From positions 174,034,001 through 174,098,000 of the forward strand of contig OZ024743.1 of assembly GCA_964016885.1 (NCBI GenBank): a DNA stretch of 64,000 bases, written 5' to 3'. Of the stretch, positions 30,001 to 45,000 are shown piece by piece. The translations under genes and the position numbers were made by a program. How positions within the stretch are numbered: the stretch's first letter is position 1; each line of letters begins with the position of its first letter. Origin of the DNA: Eledone cirrhosa (Eukaryota). The notes under the pieces are model-generated. The model was not told where the DNA came from. It searched no databases and saw only the letters and a program-made list of their open reading frames with translations.

Positions 30001-33000
30001 ACACACTCAGGGCTAGGGTATGTACCCTCTCCCAGTTATCCTCTTCCAATACTACAGACACACACTCAGGGCTAGGGTATGAACCCTCTCTTAGTTGTCC
30101 TCCTCCAATACTACAGACACACACTCAGGGCTAGGGTATGAACCCTCTCTTAGTTGTCCTCCTCCAATACTACAGACACACACTCAGGGCTAGGGTATGA
30201 ACCCTCTCTTAGTTGTCCTCCTCCAATACTACAGACACACACTCAGGGCTAGGGTATGAACCCTCTCTTAGTTGTCCTCCTCCAATACTACAGACACACA
30301 CTCAGGGCTAGGGTATGAACCCTCTCTTAGTTGTCCTCCTCCAATACTACAGACACACACTCAGGGCTAGGGTATGAACCCTCTCCTAGTTGTCCTCCTC
30401 CAATACTACAGACACACACTCAGGGCTAGGGTATGAACGCTCTCCCAGTTGTCCTCCTCCAATACTACAGACACACACTCAGGGCTAGGGTATGAACCCT
30501 CTCTTAGTTGTCCTCCTCCAATACTACAGACACACACTCAGGGCTAGGGTATGAACCCTCTCTTAGTTGTCCTCCTCCAATACTACAGACACACACTCAG
30601 GGCTAGGGTATGAACCCTCTCTTAGTTGTCCTCCTCCAATACTACAGACACACACTCAGGGCTAGGGTATGAACCCTCTCCTAGTTGTCCTCCTCCAATA
30701 CTACAGACACACACTCAGGGCTAGGGTATGAACGCTCTCCCAGTTGTCCTCCTCCAATACTACAGACACACACTCAGGGCTAGGGTATGAACCCTCTCTT
30801 AGTTGTCCTCCTCCAATACTACAGACACACACTCAGGGCTAGGGTATGAACCCTCTCTTAGTTGTCCTCCTCCAATACTACAGACACACACTCAGGGCTA
30901 GGGTATGAACCCTCTCTTAGTTGTCCTCCTCCAATACTACAGACACACACTCAGGGCTAGGGTATGAACCCTCTCCTAGTTGTCCTCCTCCAATACTACA
31001 GACACACACTCAGGGCTAGGGTATGAACCCTCTCTTAGTTGTCCTCCTCCAATACTACAGACACACACTCAGGGCTAGGGTATTAACCCTCTCTTAGTTG
31101 TCCTCCTCCAATACTACAGACACACACTCAGGGCTAGGGTATGAACCCTCTCTTAGTTGTCCTCCTCCAATACTACAGACACACACTCAGGGCTAGGGTA
31201 TGAACCCTCTCTTAGTTGTCCTCCTCCAATACTACAGACACACACTCAGGGCTAGGGTATGAACCCTCTCCTAGTTGTCCTCCTCCAATACTACAGACAC
31301 ACACTCAGGGCTAGGGTATGAACCCTCTCTTAGTTGTCCTCCTCCAATACTACAGACACACACTCAGGGCTAGGGTATTAACCCTCTCTTAGTTGTCCTC
31401 CTCCAATACTACAGACACACACTCAGGGCTAGGGTATGAACCCTCTCTTAGTTGTCCTCCTCCAATACTACAGACACACACTCAGGGCTAGGGTATGAAC
31501 CCTCTCTTAGTTGTCCTCCTCCAATACTACAGACACACACTCAGGGCTAGGGTATGAACCCTCTCTTAGTTGTCCTCCTCCAATACTACAGACACACACT
31601 CAGGGCTAGGGTATTAACCCTCTCTTAGTTGTCCTCCTCCAATACTACTGACACACACTCAGGGCTAGGGTATGAACCCTCTCTTAGTTGTCCTCCTCCA
31701 ATACTACAGACACACACTCAGGGCTAGGGTATGAACCCTCTCTTAGTTGTCCTCCTCCAATACTACAGACACACACTCAGGGCTAGGGTATTAACCCTCT
31801 CTTAGTTGTCCTCCTCCAATACTACAGACACACACTCAGGGCTAGGGTATTAACCCTCTCTTAGTTGTCCTCCTCCAATACTACAGACACACACTCAGGG
31901 CTAGGGTATGAACCCTCTCTTAGTTGTCCTCCTCCAATACTACAGACACACACTCAGGGCTAGGGTATTAACCCTCTCTTAGTTGTCCTCCTCCAATACT
32001 ACAGACACACACTCAGGGCTAGGGTATGAACCCTCTCTTAATGTCCTCCTCCAATACTACAGACACACACTCAGGGCTAGGGTATGAACCCTCTCTTAGT
32101 GTCCTCCTCTAATACTACAGACACACACTCAGGGCTAGGGTATGAACCCTCTCTTAGTTGTCCTCCTCCAATACTACAGACACACACTCAGGGCTAGGGT
32201 ATGAACCCTCTCTTAGTTGTCCTCCTCCAATACTACAGACACACACTCAGGGCTAGGGTATGAACCCTCTCTTAGTTGTCCTCCTCCAATACTACAGACA
32301 CACACTCAGGGCTAGGGTATTAACCCTCTCTTAGTTGTCCTCCTCCAATACTACAGACACACACTCAGGGCTAGGGTATGAACCCTCTCTTAGTTGTCCT
32401 CCTCCAATACTACAGACACACACTCAGGGCTAGGGTATGAACCCTCTCCCAGTTTCCTCCTCCAATACTACAGACACACACTCAGGGCTAGGGTATGTAC
32501 CCTCTCCCAGTTGTCCTCCTCCAATACTACAGACACACACTCAGGGCTAGGGTATGAACCCTCTCTTAGTTGTCCCCCTCCAATACTACAGACACACGCT
32601 CAGGGCTAGGGTATGTACCCTCTCCCAGTTGTCCTCCTCCAATACTACAGACACACACTCAGGGCTAGGGTATGAACCCTCTCTTAGTTGTCCCCCTCCA
32701 ATACTACAGACACACACTCAGGGCTAGGATATGTACCCTCTCCCAGTTGTGTTCCTCCAATACTACAGACACACACTCAGGGCTAGGGTATGAACCCTCT
32801 CCCAGTTGTCCTCCTCCAATACTACAGACACACACTCAGGGCTAGGGTATGAACCCTCTCCCAGTTGTCCTCCTCCAATACTACAGACACACACTCAGGG
32901 CTAGGGTATGTACCCTCTTTTAGTTGTCCTCCTCCAATACTACAGACACACACTCAGGGCTAGGGTATGAACCCTCTCTTAGTTGTCCTCCTCCAATACT

Positions 33001-36000
33001 ACAGACACACACTCAGGGCTAGGGTATGAACCCTCTCCCAGTTGTCCTCCTCCAATACTACAGACACACACTCGGGGCTAGGGTATGAACCCTCTCTTAG
33101 TTGTCCTCCTCCAATACTACAGACACACACTCAGGGCTAGGGTATGAACCCTCTCTTAGTTGTCCTCCTCCAATACTACAGACACACACTCAGGGCTAGG
33201 GTATTAACCCTCTCTTAGTTGTCCTCCTCCAATACTACAGACACACACTCAGGGCTAGGGTATGAACCCTCTCTTAGTTGTCCTCCTCCAATACTACAGA
33301 CACACACTCAGGGCTAGGGTATGAACCCTCTCTTAGTTGTCCTCCTCCAATACTACAGACACACACTCAGGGCTAGGGTATGAACCCTCTCCTAGTTGTC
33401 CTCCTCCAATACTACAGACACACACTCAGGGCTAGGGTATGAACCCTCTCTTAGTTGTCCTCCTCCAATACTACAGACACACACTCAGGGCTAGGGTATT
33501 AACCCTCTCTTAGTTGTCCTCCTCCAATACTACAGACACACACTCAGGGCTAGGGTATGAACCCTCTCTTAGTTGTCCTCCTCCAATACTACAGACACAC
33601 ACTCAGGGCTAGGGTATGAACCCTCTCTTAGTTGTCCTCCTCCAATACTACAGACACACACTCAGGGCTAGGGTATGAACCCTCTCTTAGTTGTCCTCCT
33701 CCAATACTACAGACACACACTCAGGGCTAGGGTATTAACCCTCTCTTAGTTGTCCTCCTCCAATACTACTGACACACACTCAGGGCTAGGGTATGAACCC
33801 TCTCTTAGTTGTCCTCCTCCAATACTACAGACACACACTCAGGGCTAGGGTATGAACCCTCTCTTAGTTGTCCTCCTCCAATACTACAGACACACACTCA
33901 GGGCTAGGGTATTAACCCTCTCTTAGTTGTCCTCCTCCAATACTACTGACACACACTCAGGGCTAGGGTATGAACCCTCTCTTAGTTGTCCTCCTCCAAT
34001 ACTACAGACACACACTCAGGGCTAGGGTATGAACCCTCTCTTAGTTGTCCTCCTCCAATACTACAGACACACACTCAGGGCTAGGGTATTAACCCTCTCT
34101 TAGTTGTCCTCCTCCAATACTACAGACACACACTCAGGGCTAGGGTATTAACCCTCTCTTAGTTGTCCTCCTCCAATACTACAGACACACACTCAGGGCT
34201 AGGGTATGAACCCTCTCTTAGTTGTCCTCCTCCAATACTACAGACACACACTCAGGGCTAGGGTATTAACCCTCTCTTAGTTGTCCTCCTCCAATACTAC
34301 AGACACACACTCAGGGCTAGGGTATGAACCCTCTCTTAATGTCCTCCTCCAATACTACAGACACACACTCAGGGCTAGGGTATGAACCCTCTCTTAGTGT
34401 CCTCCTCCAATGCTACAGACACACACTCAGGGCTAGGGTATGAACCCTCTCTTAGTTGTCCTCCTCCAATACTACAGACACACACTCAGGGCTAGGGTAT
34501 GAACCCTCTCTTAGTTGTCCTCCTCCAATACTACAGACACACACTCAGGGCTAGGGTATGAACCCTCTCTTAGTTGTCCTCCTCCAATACTACAGACACA
34601 CACTCAGGGCTAGGGTATTAACCCTCTCTTAGTTGTCCTCCTCCAATACTACAGACACACACTCAGGGCTAGGGTATGAACCCTCTCTTAGTTGTCCTCC
34701 TCCAATACTACAGACACACACTCAGGGCTAGGGTATGAACCCTCTCCCAGTTTCCTCCTCCAATACTACAGACACACACTCAGGGCTAGGGTATGTACCC
34801 TCTCCCAGTTGTCCTCCTCCAATACTACAGACACACACTCAGGGCTAGGGTATGAACCCTCTCTTAGTTGTCCCCCTCCAATACTACAGACACACGCTCA
34901 GGGCTAGGGTATGTACCCTCTCCCAGTTGTCCTCCTCCAATACTACAGACACACACTCAGGGCTAGGGTATGAACCCTCTCTTAGTTGTCCCCCTCCAAT
35001 ACTACAGACACACACTCAGGGCTAGGATATGTACCCTCTCCCAGTTGTGTTCCTCCAATACTACAGACACACACTCAGGGCTAGGGTATGAACCCTCTCC
35101 CAGTTGTCCTCCTCCAATACTACAGACACACACTCAGGGCTAGGGTATGAACCCTCTCCCAGTTGTCCTCCTCCAATACTACAGACACACACTCAGGGCT
35201 AGGGTATGTACCCTCTTTTAGTTGTCCTCCTCCAATACTACAGACACACACTCAGGGCTAGGGTATGAACCCTCTCTTAGTTGTCCTCCTCCAATACTAC
35301 AGACACACACTCAGGGCTAGGGTATGAACCCTCTCCCAGTTGTCCTCCTCCAATACTACAGACACACACTCGGGGCTAGGGTATGAACCCTCTCTTAGTT
35401 GTCCTCCTCCAATACTACAGACACACACTCAGGGCTAGGGTATGAACCCTCTCTTAGTTGTCCTCCTCCAATACTACAGACACACACTCAGGGCTAGGGT
35501 ATTAACCCTCTCTTAGTTGTCCTCCTCCAATACTACAGACACACACTCAGGGCTAGGGTATGAACCCTCTCTTAGTTGTCCTCCTCCAATACTACAGACA
35601 CACACTCAGGGCTAGGGTATGAACCCTCTCTTAGTTGTCCTCCTCCAATACTACAGACACACACTCAGGGCTAGGGTATGAACCCTCTCCTAGTTGTCCT
35701 CCTCCAATACTACAGACACACACTCAGGGCTAGGGTATGAACCCTCTCTTAGTTGTCCTCCTCCAATACTACAGACACACACTCAGGGCTAGGGTATTAA
35801 CCCTCTCTTAGTTGTCCTCCTCCAATACTACAGACACACACTCAGGGCTAGGGTATGAACCCTCTCTTAGTTGTCCTCCTCCAATACTACAGACACACAC
35901 TCAGGGCTAGGGTATGAACCCTCTCTTAGTTGTCCTCCTCCAATACTACAGACACACACTCAGGGCTAGGGTATGAACCCTCTCTTAGTTGTCCTCCTCC

Positions 36001-39000
36001 AATACTACAGACACACACTCAGGGCTAGGGTATTAACCCTCTCTTAGTTGTCCTCCTCCAATACTACTGACACACACTCAGGGCTAGGGTATGAACCCTC
36101 TCTTAGTTGTCCTCCTCCAATACTACAGACACACACTCAGGGCTAGGGTATGAACCCTCTCTTAGTTGTCCTCCTCCAATACTACAGACACACACTCAGG
36201 GCTAGGGTATTAACCCTCTCTTAGTTGTCCTCCTCCAATACTACAGACACACACTCAGGGCTAGGGTATTAACCCTCTCTTAGTTGTCCTCCTCCAATAC
36301 TACAGACACACACTCAGGGCTAGGGTATGAACCCTCTCTTAGTTGTCCTCCTCCAATACTACAGACACACACTCAGGGCTAGGGTATTAACCCTCTCTTA
36401 GTTGTCCTCCTCCAATACTACAGACACACACTCAGGGCTAGGGTATGAACCCTCTCTTAGTGTCCTCCTCCAATACTACAGACACACACTCAGGGCTAGG
36501 GTATGAACCCTCTCTTAGTGTCCTCCTCCAATACTACAGACACACACTCAGGGCTAGGGTATGAACCCTCTCTTAGTTGTCCTCCTCCAATACTACAGAC
36601 ACACACTCAGGGCTAGGGTATGAACCCTCTCTTAGTTGTCCTCCTCCAATACTACAGACACACACTCAGGGCTAGGGTATGAACCCTCTCTTAGTTGTCC
36701 TCCTCCAATACTACAGACACACACTCAGGGCTAGGGTATTAACCCTCTCTTAGTTGTCCTCCTCCAATACTACAGACACACACTCAGGGCTAGGGTATGA
36801 ACCCTCTCTTAGTTGTCCTCCTCCAATACTACAGACACACACTCAGGGCTAGGGTATGAACCCTCTCCCAGTTTCCTCCTCCAATACTACAGACACACAC
36901 TCAGGGCTAAGGTATGTACCCTCTCCCAGTTCTCCTCCTCCAATACTACAGACACACACTCAGGGCTAGGGTATGAACCCTCTCTTAGTTGTCCCCCTCC
37001 AATACTACAGACACACGCTCAGGGCTAGGGTATGTACCCTCTCCCAGTTGTCCTCCTCCAATACTACAGACACACACTCAGGGCTAGGGTATGAACCCTC
37101 TCTTAGTTGTCCCCCTCCAATACTACAGACACACACTCAGGGCTAGGATATGTACCCTCTCCCAGTTGTGTTCCTCCAATACTACAGACACACTCAGGGC
37201 TAGGGTATGAACCCTCTCCCAGTTGTCCTCCTCCAATACTACAGACACACACTCAGGGCTAGGGTATGAACCCTCTCCCAGTTGTCCTCCTCCAATACTA
37301 CAGACACACACTCAGGGCTAGGGTATGTACCCTCTTTTAGTTGTCCTCCTCCAATACTACAGACACACACTCAGGGCTAGGGTATGAACCCTCTCTTAGT
37401 TGTCCTCCTCCAATACTACAGACACACACTCAGGGCTAGGGTATGAACCCTCTCCCAGTTGTCCTCCTCCAATACTACAGACACACACTCGGGGCTAGGG
37501 TATGAACCCTCTCTTAGTTGTCCTCCTCCAATACTACAGACACACACTCAGGGCTAGGGTATGAACCCTCTCTTAGTTGTCCTCCTCCAATACTACAGAC
37601 ACACACTCAGGGCTAGGGTATTAACCCTCTCTTAGTTGTCCTCCTCCAATACTACAGACACACACTCAGGGCTAGGGTATGAACCCTCTCTTAATTGTCC
37701 CCCTCCAATACTACAGACACACACTCAGGGCTAGGGTATGAACCCTCTCCTAGTTGTTCTCCTCCAATACTACAGACACACACTCGGGGCTAGGGTATGA
37801 ACCCTTCTTAGTTGTCCTCCTCCAATACTACAGACACACACTCTGGGCTAGGGTATGAACCCTCTCTTAGTTGTCCTCCTCCAATAGTACAGACACACAC
37901 TCAGGGCTAGGGTATGTTCCCTCTCCCAGTTGTCCTCCTCCAATACTACAGACACACACTCAGGGCTAGGGTATGAACCCTCTCCCAGTTGTCCTCCTCC
38001 AATACTACAGACACACACTCAGGGCTAGGGTATGAACCCTCTCTTAGTTGTCCCCCTCCAATACTACAGACACACACTCAGGGCTAGGGTATGAACCCTC
38101 TCTTAGTTGTCCTCCTCCAATACTACAGACACACACTCAGGGCTAGGGTATTAACCCTCTCTTAGTTGTCCTCCTCCAATACTACAGACACACACTCAGG
38201 GCTAGGGTATGAACCCTCTCTTAGTTGTCCTCCTCCAATACTACAGACACACACTCAGGGCTAGGGTATGAACCCTCTCCCAGTTGTCCTCCTCCAATAC
38301 TACAGACACACACTCGGGGCTAGGGTATGAACCCTCTCTTAGTTGTCCTCCTCCAATACTACAGACACACACTCAGGGCTAGGGTATGAACCCTCTCTTA
38401 GTTGTCCTCCTCCAATACTACAGACACACACTCAGGGCTAGGGTATTAACCCTCTCTTAGTTGTCCTCCTCCAATACTACTGACACACACTCAGGGCTAG
38501 GGTATGAACCCTCTCTTAGTTGTCCTCCTCCAATACTACAGACACACACTCAGGGCTAGGGTATGAACCCTCTCTTAGTTGTCCTCCTCCAATACTACAG
38601 ACACACACTCAGGGCTAGGGTATTAACCCTCTCTTAGTTGTCCTCCTCCAATACTACAGACACACACTCAGGGCTAGGGTATTAACCCTCTCTTAGTTGT
38701 CCTCCTCCAATACTACAGACACACACTCAGGGCTAGGGTATGAACCCTCTCTTAGTTGTCCTCCTCCAATACTACAGACACACACTCAGGGCTAGGGTAT
38801 TAACCCTCTCTTAGTTGTCCTCCTCCAATACTACAGACACACACTCAGGGCTAGGGTATGAACCCTCTCTTAGTGTCCTCCTCCAATACTACAGACACAC
38901 ACTCAGGGCTAGGGTATGAACCCTCTCTTAGTGTCCTCCTCCAATACTACAGACACACACTCAGGGCTAGGGTATGAACCCTCTCTTAGTTGTCCTCCTC

Positions 39001-42000
39001 CAATACTACAGACACACACTCAGGGCTAGGGTATGAACCCTCTCTTAGTTGTCCTCCTCCAATACTACAGACACACACTCAGGGCTAGGGTATGAACCCT
39101 CTCTTAGTTGTCCTCCTCCAATACTACAGACACACACTCAGGGCTAGGGTATGTACCCTCTCCCAGTTCTCCTCCTCCAATACTACAGACACACACTCAG
39201 GGCTAGGGTATGAACCCTCTCTTAGTTGTCCCCCTCCAATACTACAGACACACGCTCAGGGCTAGGGTATGTACCCTCTCCCAGTTGTCCTCCTCCAATA
39301 CTACAGACACACACTCAGGGCTAGGGTATGAACCCTCTCTTAGTTGTCCCCCTCCAATACTACAGACACACACTCAGGGCTAGGATATGTACCCTCTCCC
39401 AGTTGTGTTCCTCCAATACTACAGACACACACTCAGGGCTAGGGTATGAACCCTCTCCCAGTTGTCCTCCTCCAATACTACAGACACACACTCAGGGCTA
39501 GGGTATGAACCCTCTCCCAGTTGTCCTCCTCCAATACTACAGACACACACTCAGGGCTAGGGTATGTACCCTCTTTTAGTTGTCCTCCTCCAATACTACA
39601 GACACACACTCAGGGCTAGGGTATGAACCCTCTCTTAGTTGTCCTCCTCCAATACTACAGACACACACTCAGGGCTAGGGTATGAACCCTCTCCCAGTTG
39701 TCCTCCTCCAATACTACAGACACACACTCGGGGCTAGGGTATGAACCCTCTCTTAGTTGTCCTCCTCCAATACTACAGACACACACTCAGGGCTAGGGTA
39801 TGAACCCTCTCTTAGTTGTCCTCCTCCAATACTACAGACACACACTCAGGGCTAGGGTATTAACCCTCTCTTAGTTGTCCTCCTCCAATACTACAGACAC
39901 ACACTCAGGGCTAGGGTATGAACCCTCTCTTAATTGTCCCCCTCCAATACTACAGACACACACTCAGGGCTAGGGTATGAACCCTCTCCTAGTTGTTCTC
40001 CTCCAATACTACAGACACACACTCGGGGCTAGGGTATGAACCCTTCTTAGTTGTCCTCCTCCAATACTACAGACACACACTCTGGGCTAGGGTATGAACC
40101 CTCTCTTAGTTGTCCTCCTCCAATAGTACAGACACACACTCAGGGCTAGGGTATGTTCCCTCTCCCAGTTGTCCTCCTCCAATACTACAGACACACACTC
40201 AGGGCTAGGGTATGAACCCTCTCCCAGTTGTCCTCCTCCAATACTACAGACACACACTCAGGGCTAGGGTATGAACCCTCTCTTAGTTGTCCCCCTCCAA
40301 TACTACAGACACACACTCAGGGCTAGGGTATGAACCCTCTCTTAGTTGTCCTCCTCCAATACTACAGACACACACTCAGGGCTAGGGTATTAACCCTCTC
40401 TTAGTTGTCCTCCTCCAATACTACAGACACACACTCAGGGCTAGGGTATGAACCCTCTCTTAGTTGTCCTCCTCCAATACTACAGACACACACTCAGGGC
40501 TAGGGTATGAACCCTCTCCCAGTTGTCCTCCTCCAATACTACAGACACACACTCGGGGCTAGGGTATGAACCCTCTCTTAGTTGTCCTCCTCCAATACTA
40601 CAGACACACACTCAGGGCTAGGGTATGAACCCTCTCTTAGTTGTCCTCCTCCAATACTACAGACACACACTCAGGGCTAGGGTATTAACCCTCTCTTAGT
40701 TGTCCTCCTCCAATACTACTGACACACACTCAGGGCTAGGGTATGAACCCTCTCTTAGTTGTCCTCCTCCAATACTACAGACACACACTCAGGGCTAGGG
40801 TATGAACCCTCTCTTAGTTGTCCTCCTCCAATACTACAGACACACACTCAGGGCTAGGGTATTAACCCTCTCTTAGTTGTCCTCCTCCAATACTACAGAC
40901 ACACACTCAGGGCTAGGGTATTAACCCTCTCTCAGTTGTCCTCCTCCAATACTACAGACACACACTCAGGGCTAGGGTATGAACCCTCTCTTAGTTGTCC
41001 TCCTCCAATACTACAGACACACACTCAGGGCTAGGGTATTAACCCTCTCTTAGTTGTCCTCCTCCAATACTACAGACACACACTCAGGGCTAGGGTATGA
41101 ACCCTCTCTTAGTGTCCTCCTCCAATACTACAGACACACACTCAGGGCTAGGGTATGAACCCTCTCTTAGTGTCCTCCTCCAATACTACAGACACACACT
41201 CAGGGCTAGGGTATGAACCCTCTCTTAGTTGTCCTCCTCCAATACTACAGACACACACTCAGGGCTAGGGTATGAACCCTCTCTTAGTTGTCCTCCTCCA
41301 ATACTACAGACACACACTCAGGGCTAGGGTATGAACCCTCTCTTAGTTGTCCTCCTCCAATACTACAGACACACACTCAGGGCTAGGGTATTAACCCTCT
41401 CTTAGTTGTCCTCCTCCAATACTACAGACACACACTCAGGGCTAGGGTATGAACCCTCTCTTAGTTGTCCTCCTCCAATACTACAGACACACACTCAGGG
41501 CTAGGGTATGAACCCTCTCCCAGTTTCCTCCTCCAATACTACAGACACACACTCAGGGCTAGGGTATGTACCCTCTCCCAGTTGTCCTCCTCCAATACTA
41601 CAGACACACACTCAGGGCTAGGGTATGAACCCTCTCTTAGTTGTCCTCCTCCAATACTACAGACACACACTCAGGGCTAGGGTATTAACCCTCTCTTAGT
41701 TGTCCTCCTCCAATACTACAGACACACACTCAGGGCTAGGGTATGAACCCTCTCTTAGTTGTCCTCCTCCAATACTACAGACACACACTCAGGGCTAGGG
41801 TATGAACCCTCTCCCAGTTGTCCTCCTCCAATACTACAGACACACACTCGGGGCTAGGGTATGAACCCTCTCTTAGTTGTCCTCCTCCAATACTACAGAC
41901 ACACACTCAGGGCTAGGGTATGAACCCTCTCTTAGTTGTCCTCCTCCAATACTACAGACACACACTCAGGGCTAGGGTATTAACCCTCTCTTAGTTGTCC

Positions 42001-45000
42001 TCCTCCAATACTACAGACACACACTCAGGGCTAGGGTATGAACCCTCTCTTAGTTGTCCTCCTCCAATACTACAGACACACACTCAGGGCTAGGGTATGA
42101 ACCCTCTCTTAGTTGTCCTCCTCCAATACTACAGACACACACTCAGGGCTAGGGTATGAACCCTCTCCTAGTTGTCCTCCTCCAATACTACAGACACACA
42201 CTCAGGGCTAGGGTATGAACCCTCTCTTAGTTGTCCTCCTCCAATACTACAGACACACACTCAGGGCTAGGGTATTAACCCTCTCTTAGTTGTCCTCCTC
42301 CAATACTACAGACACACACTCAGGGCTAGGGTATGAACCCTCTCTTAGTTGTCCTCCTCCAATACTACAGACACACACTCAGGGCTAGGGTATGAACCCT
42401 CTCTTAGTTGTCCTCCTCCAATACTACAGACACACACTCAGGGCTAGGGTATGAACCCTCTCTTAGTTGTCCTCCTCCAATACTACAGACACACACTCAG
42501 GGCTAGGGTATTAACCCTCTCTTAGTTGTCCTCCTCCAATACTACTGACACACACTCAGGGCTAGGGTATGAACCCTCTCTTAGTTGTCCTCCTCCAATA
42601 CTACAGACACACACTCAGGGCTAGGGTATGAACCCTCTCTTAGTTGTCCTCCTCCAATACTACAGACACACACTCAGGGCTAGGGTATTAACCCTCTCTT
42701 AGTTGTCCTCCTCCAATACTACAGACACACACTCAGGGCTAGGGTATTAACCCTCTCTTAGTTGTCCTCCTCCAATACTACAGACACACACTCAGGGCTA
42801 GGGTATGAACCCTCTCTTAGTTGTCCTCCTCCAATACTACAGACACACACTCAGGGCTAGGGTATTAACCCTCTCTTAGTTGTCCTCCTCCAATACTACA
42901 GACACACACTCAGGGCTAGGGTATGAACCCTCTCTTAGTGTCCTCCTCCAATACTACAGACACACACTCAGGGCTAGGGTATGAACCCTCTCTTAGTGTC
43001 CTCCTCCAATACTACAGACACACACTCAGGGCTAGGGTATGAACCCTCTCTTAGTTGTCCTCCTCCAATACTACAGACACACACTCAGGGCTAGGGTATG
43101 AACCCTCTCTTAGTTGTCCTCCTCCAATACTACAGACACACACTCAGGGCTAGGGTATGAACCCTCTCTTAGTTGTCCTCCTCCAATACTACAGACACAC
43201 ACTCAGGGCTAGGGTATTAACCCTCTCTTAGTTGTCCTCCTCCAATACTACAGACACACACTCAGGGCTAGGGTATGAACCCTCTCTTAGTTGTCCTCCT
43301 CCAATACTACAGACACACACTCAGGGCTAGGGTATGAACCCTCTCCCAGTTTCCTCCTCCAATACTACAGACACACACTCAGGGCTAGGGTATGTACCCT
43401 CTCCCAGTTGTCCTCCTCCAATACTACAGACACACACTCAGGGCTAGGGTATGAACCCTCTCTTAGTTGTCCCCCTCCAATACTACAGACACACGCTCAG
43501 GGCTAGGGTATGTACCCTCTCCCAGTTGTCCTCCTCCAATACTACAGACACACACTCAGGGCTAGGGTATGAACCCTCTCTTAGTTGTCCCCCTCCAATA
43601 CTACAGACACACACTCAGGGCTAGGATATGTACCCTCTCCCAGTTGTGTTCCTCCAATACTACAGACACACACTCAGGGCTAGGGTATGAACCCTCTCCC
43701 AGTTGTCCTCCTCCAATACTACAGACACACACTCAGGGCTAGGGTATGAACCCTCTCCCAGTTGTCCTCCTCCAATACTACAGACACACACTCAGGGCTA
43801 GGGTATGTACCCTCTTTTAGTTGTCCTCCTCCAATACTACAGACACACACTCAGGGCTAGGGTATGAACCCTCTCTTAGTTGTCCTCCTCCAATACTACA
43901 GACACACACTCAGGGCTAGGGTATGAACCATCTCCCAGTTGTCCTCCTCCAATACTACAGACACACACTCAGGGCTAGGGTATGAACCCTCTCCCAGTTG
44001 TCCTCCTCCAATACTACAGACACACACTCAGGGCTAGGGTATGAACCCTCTCTTAATTGTCCCCCTCCAATACTACAGACACACACTCAGGGCTAGGGTA
44101 TGAACCCTCTCCTAGTTGTTCTCCTCCAATACTACAGACACACACTCGGGGCTAGGGTATGAACCCTTCTTAGTTGTCCTCCTCCAATACTACAGACACA
44201 CACTCTGGGCTAGGGTATGAACCCTCTCTTAGTTGTCCTACTCCAATAGTACAGACACACACTCAGGGCTAGGGTATGTTCCCTCTCCCAGTTGTCCTCC
44301 TCCAATACTACAGACACACACTCAGGGCTAGGGTATGAACCCTCTCCCAGTTGTCCTCCTCCAATACTACAGACACACACTCAGGGCTAGGGTATGAACC
44401 CTCTCTTAGTTGTCCCCCTCCAATACTACAGACACACACTCAGGGCTAGGGTATGTACCCTCTCCCTGTTGTCCTCCTCCAATACTACAGACACACACTC
44501 AGGGCTAGGGTATGAACCCTCTCTTAGTTGTCCCCCTCCAATACTACAGACACACACTCAGGGCTAGGGTATGTACCCTCTCCCAGTTGTCCTCCTCCAA
44601 TACTACAGACACACACTCAGGGCTAGGGTATGAACCCTCTTCCAGTTGTCCTCCTCCAATACTACAGACACACACTCAGGGCTAGGGTATGAACCCTCTC
44701 TTAGTTGTCCTCCTCCAATACTACAGACACACACTCAGGGCTAGGGTATGTACCCTCTCCCAGTTGTCCTCCTCCAATACTACAGACACACACTCAGGGC
44801 TAGGGTATGAACCCTCTCCCAGTTGTCCTCCTCCAATACTACAGACACACACTCAGGGCTAGGGTATGAACCCTCTCTTAGGTGTCCTCCTCCAATACTA
44901 CAGACACACACTCAGGGCTAGGGTATCGACCCTCTCCCAGTTGTCCTCCTCCAATACTACAGACACACACTCAGGGCTAGGGTATGTACCCTCTTTTAGT

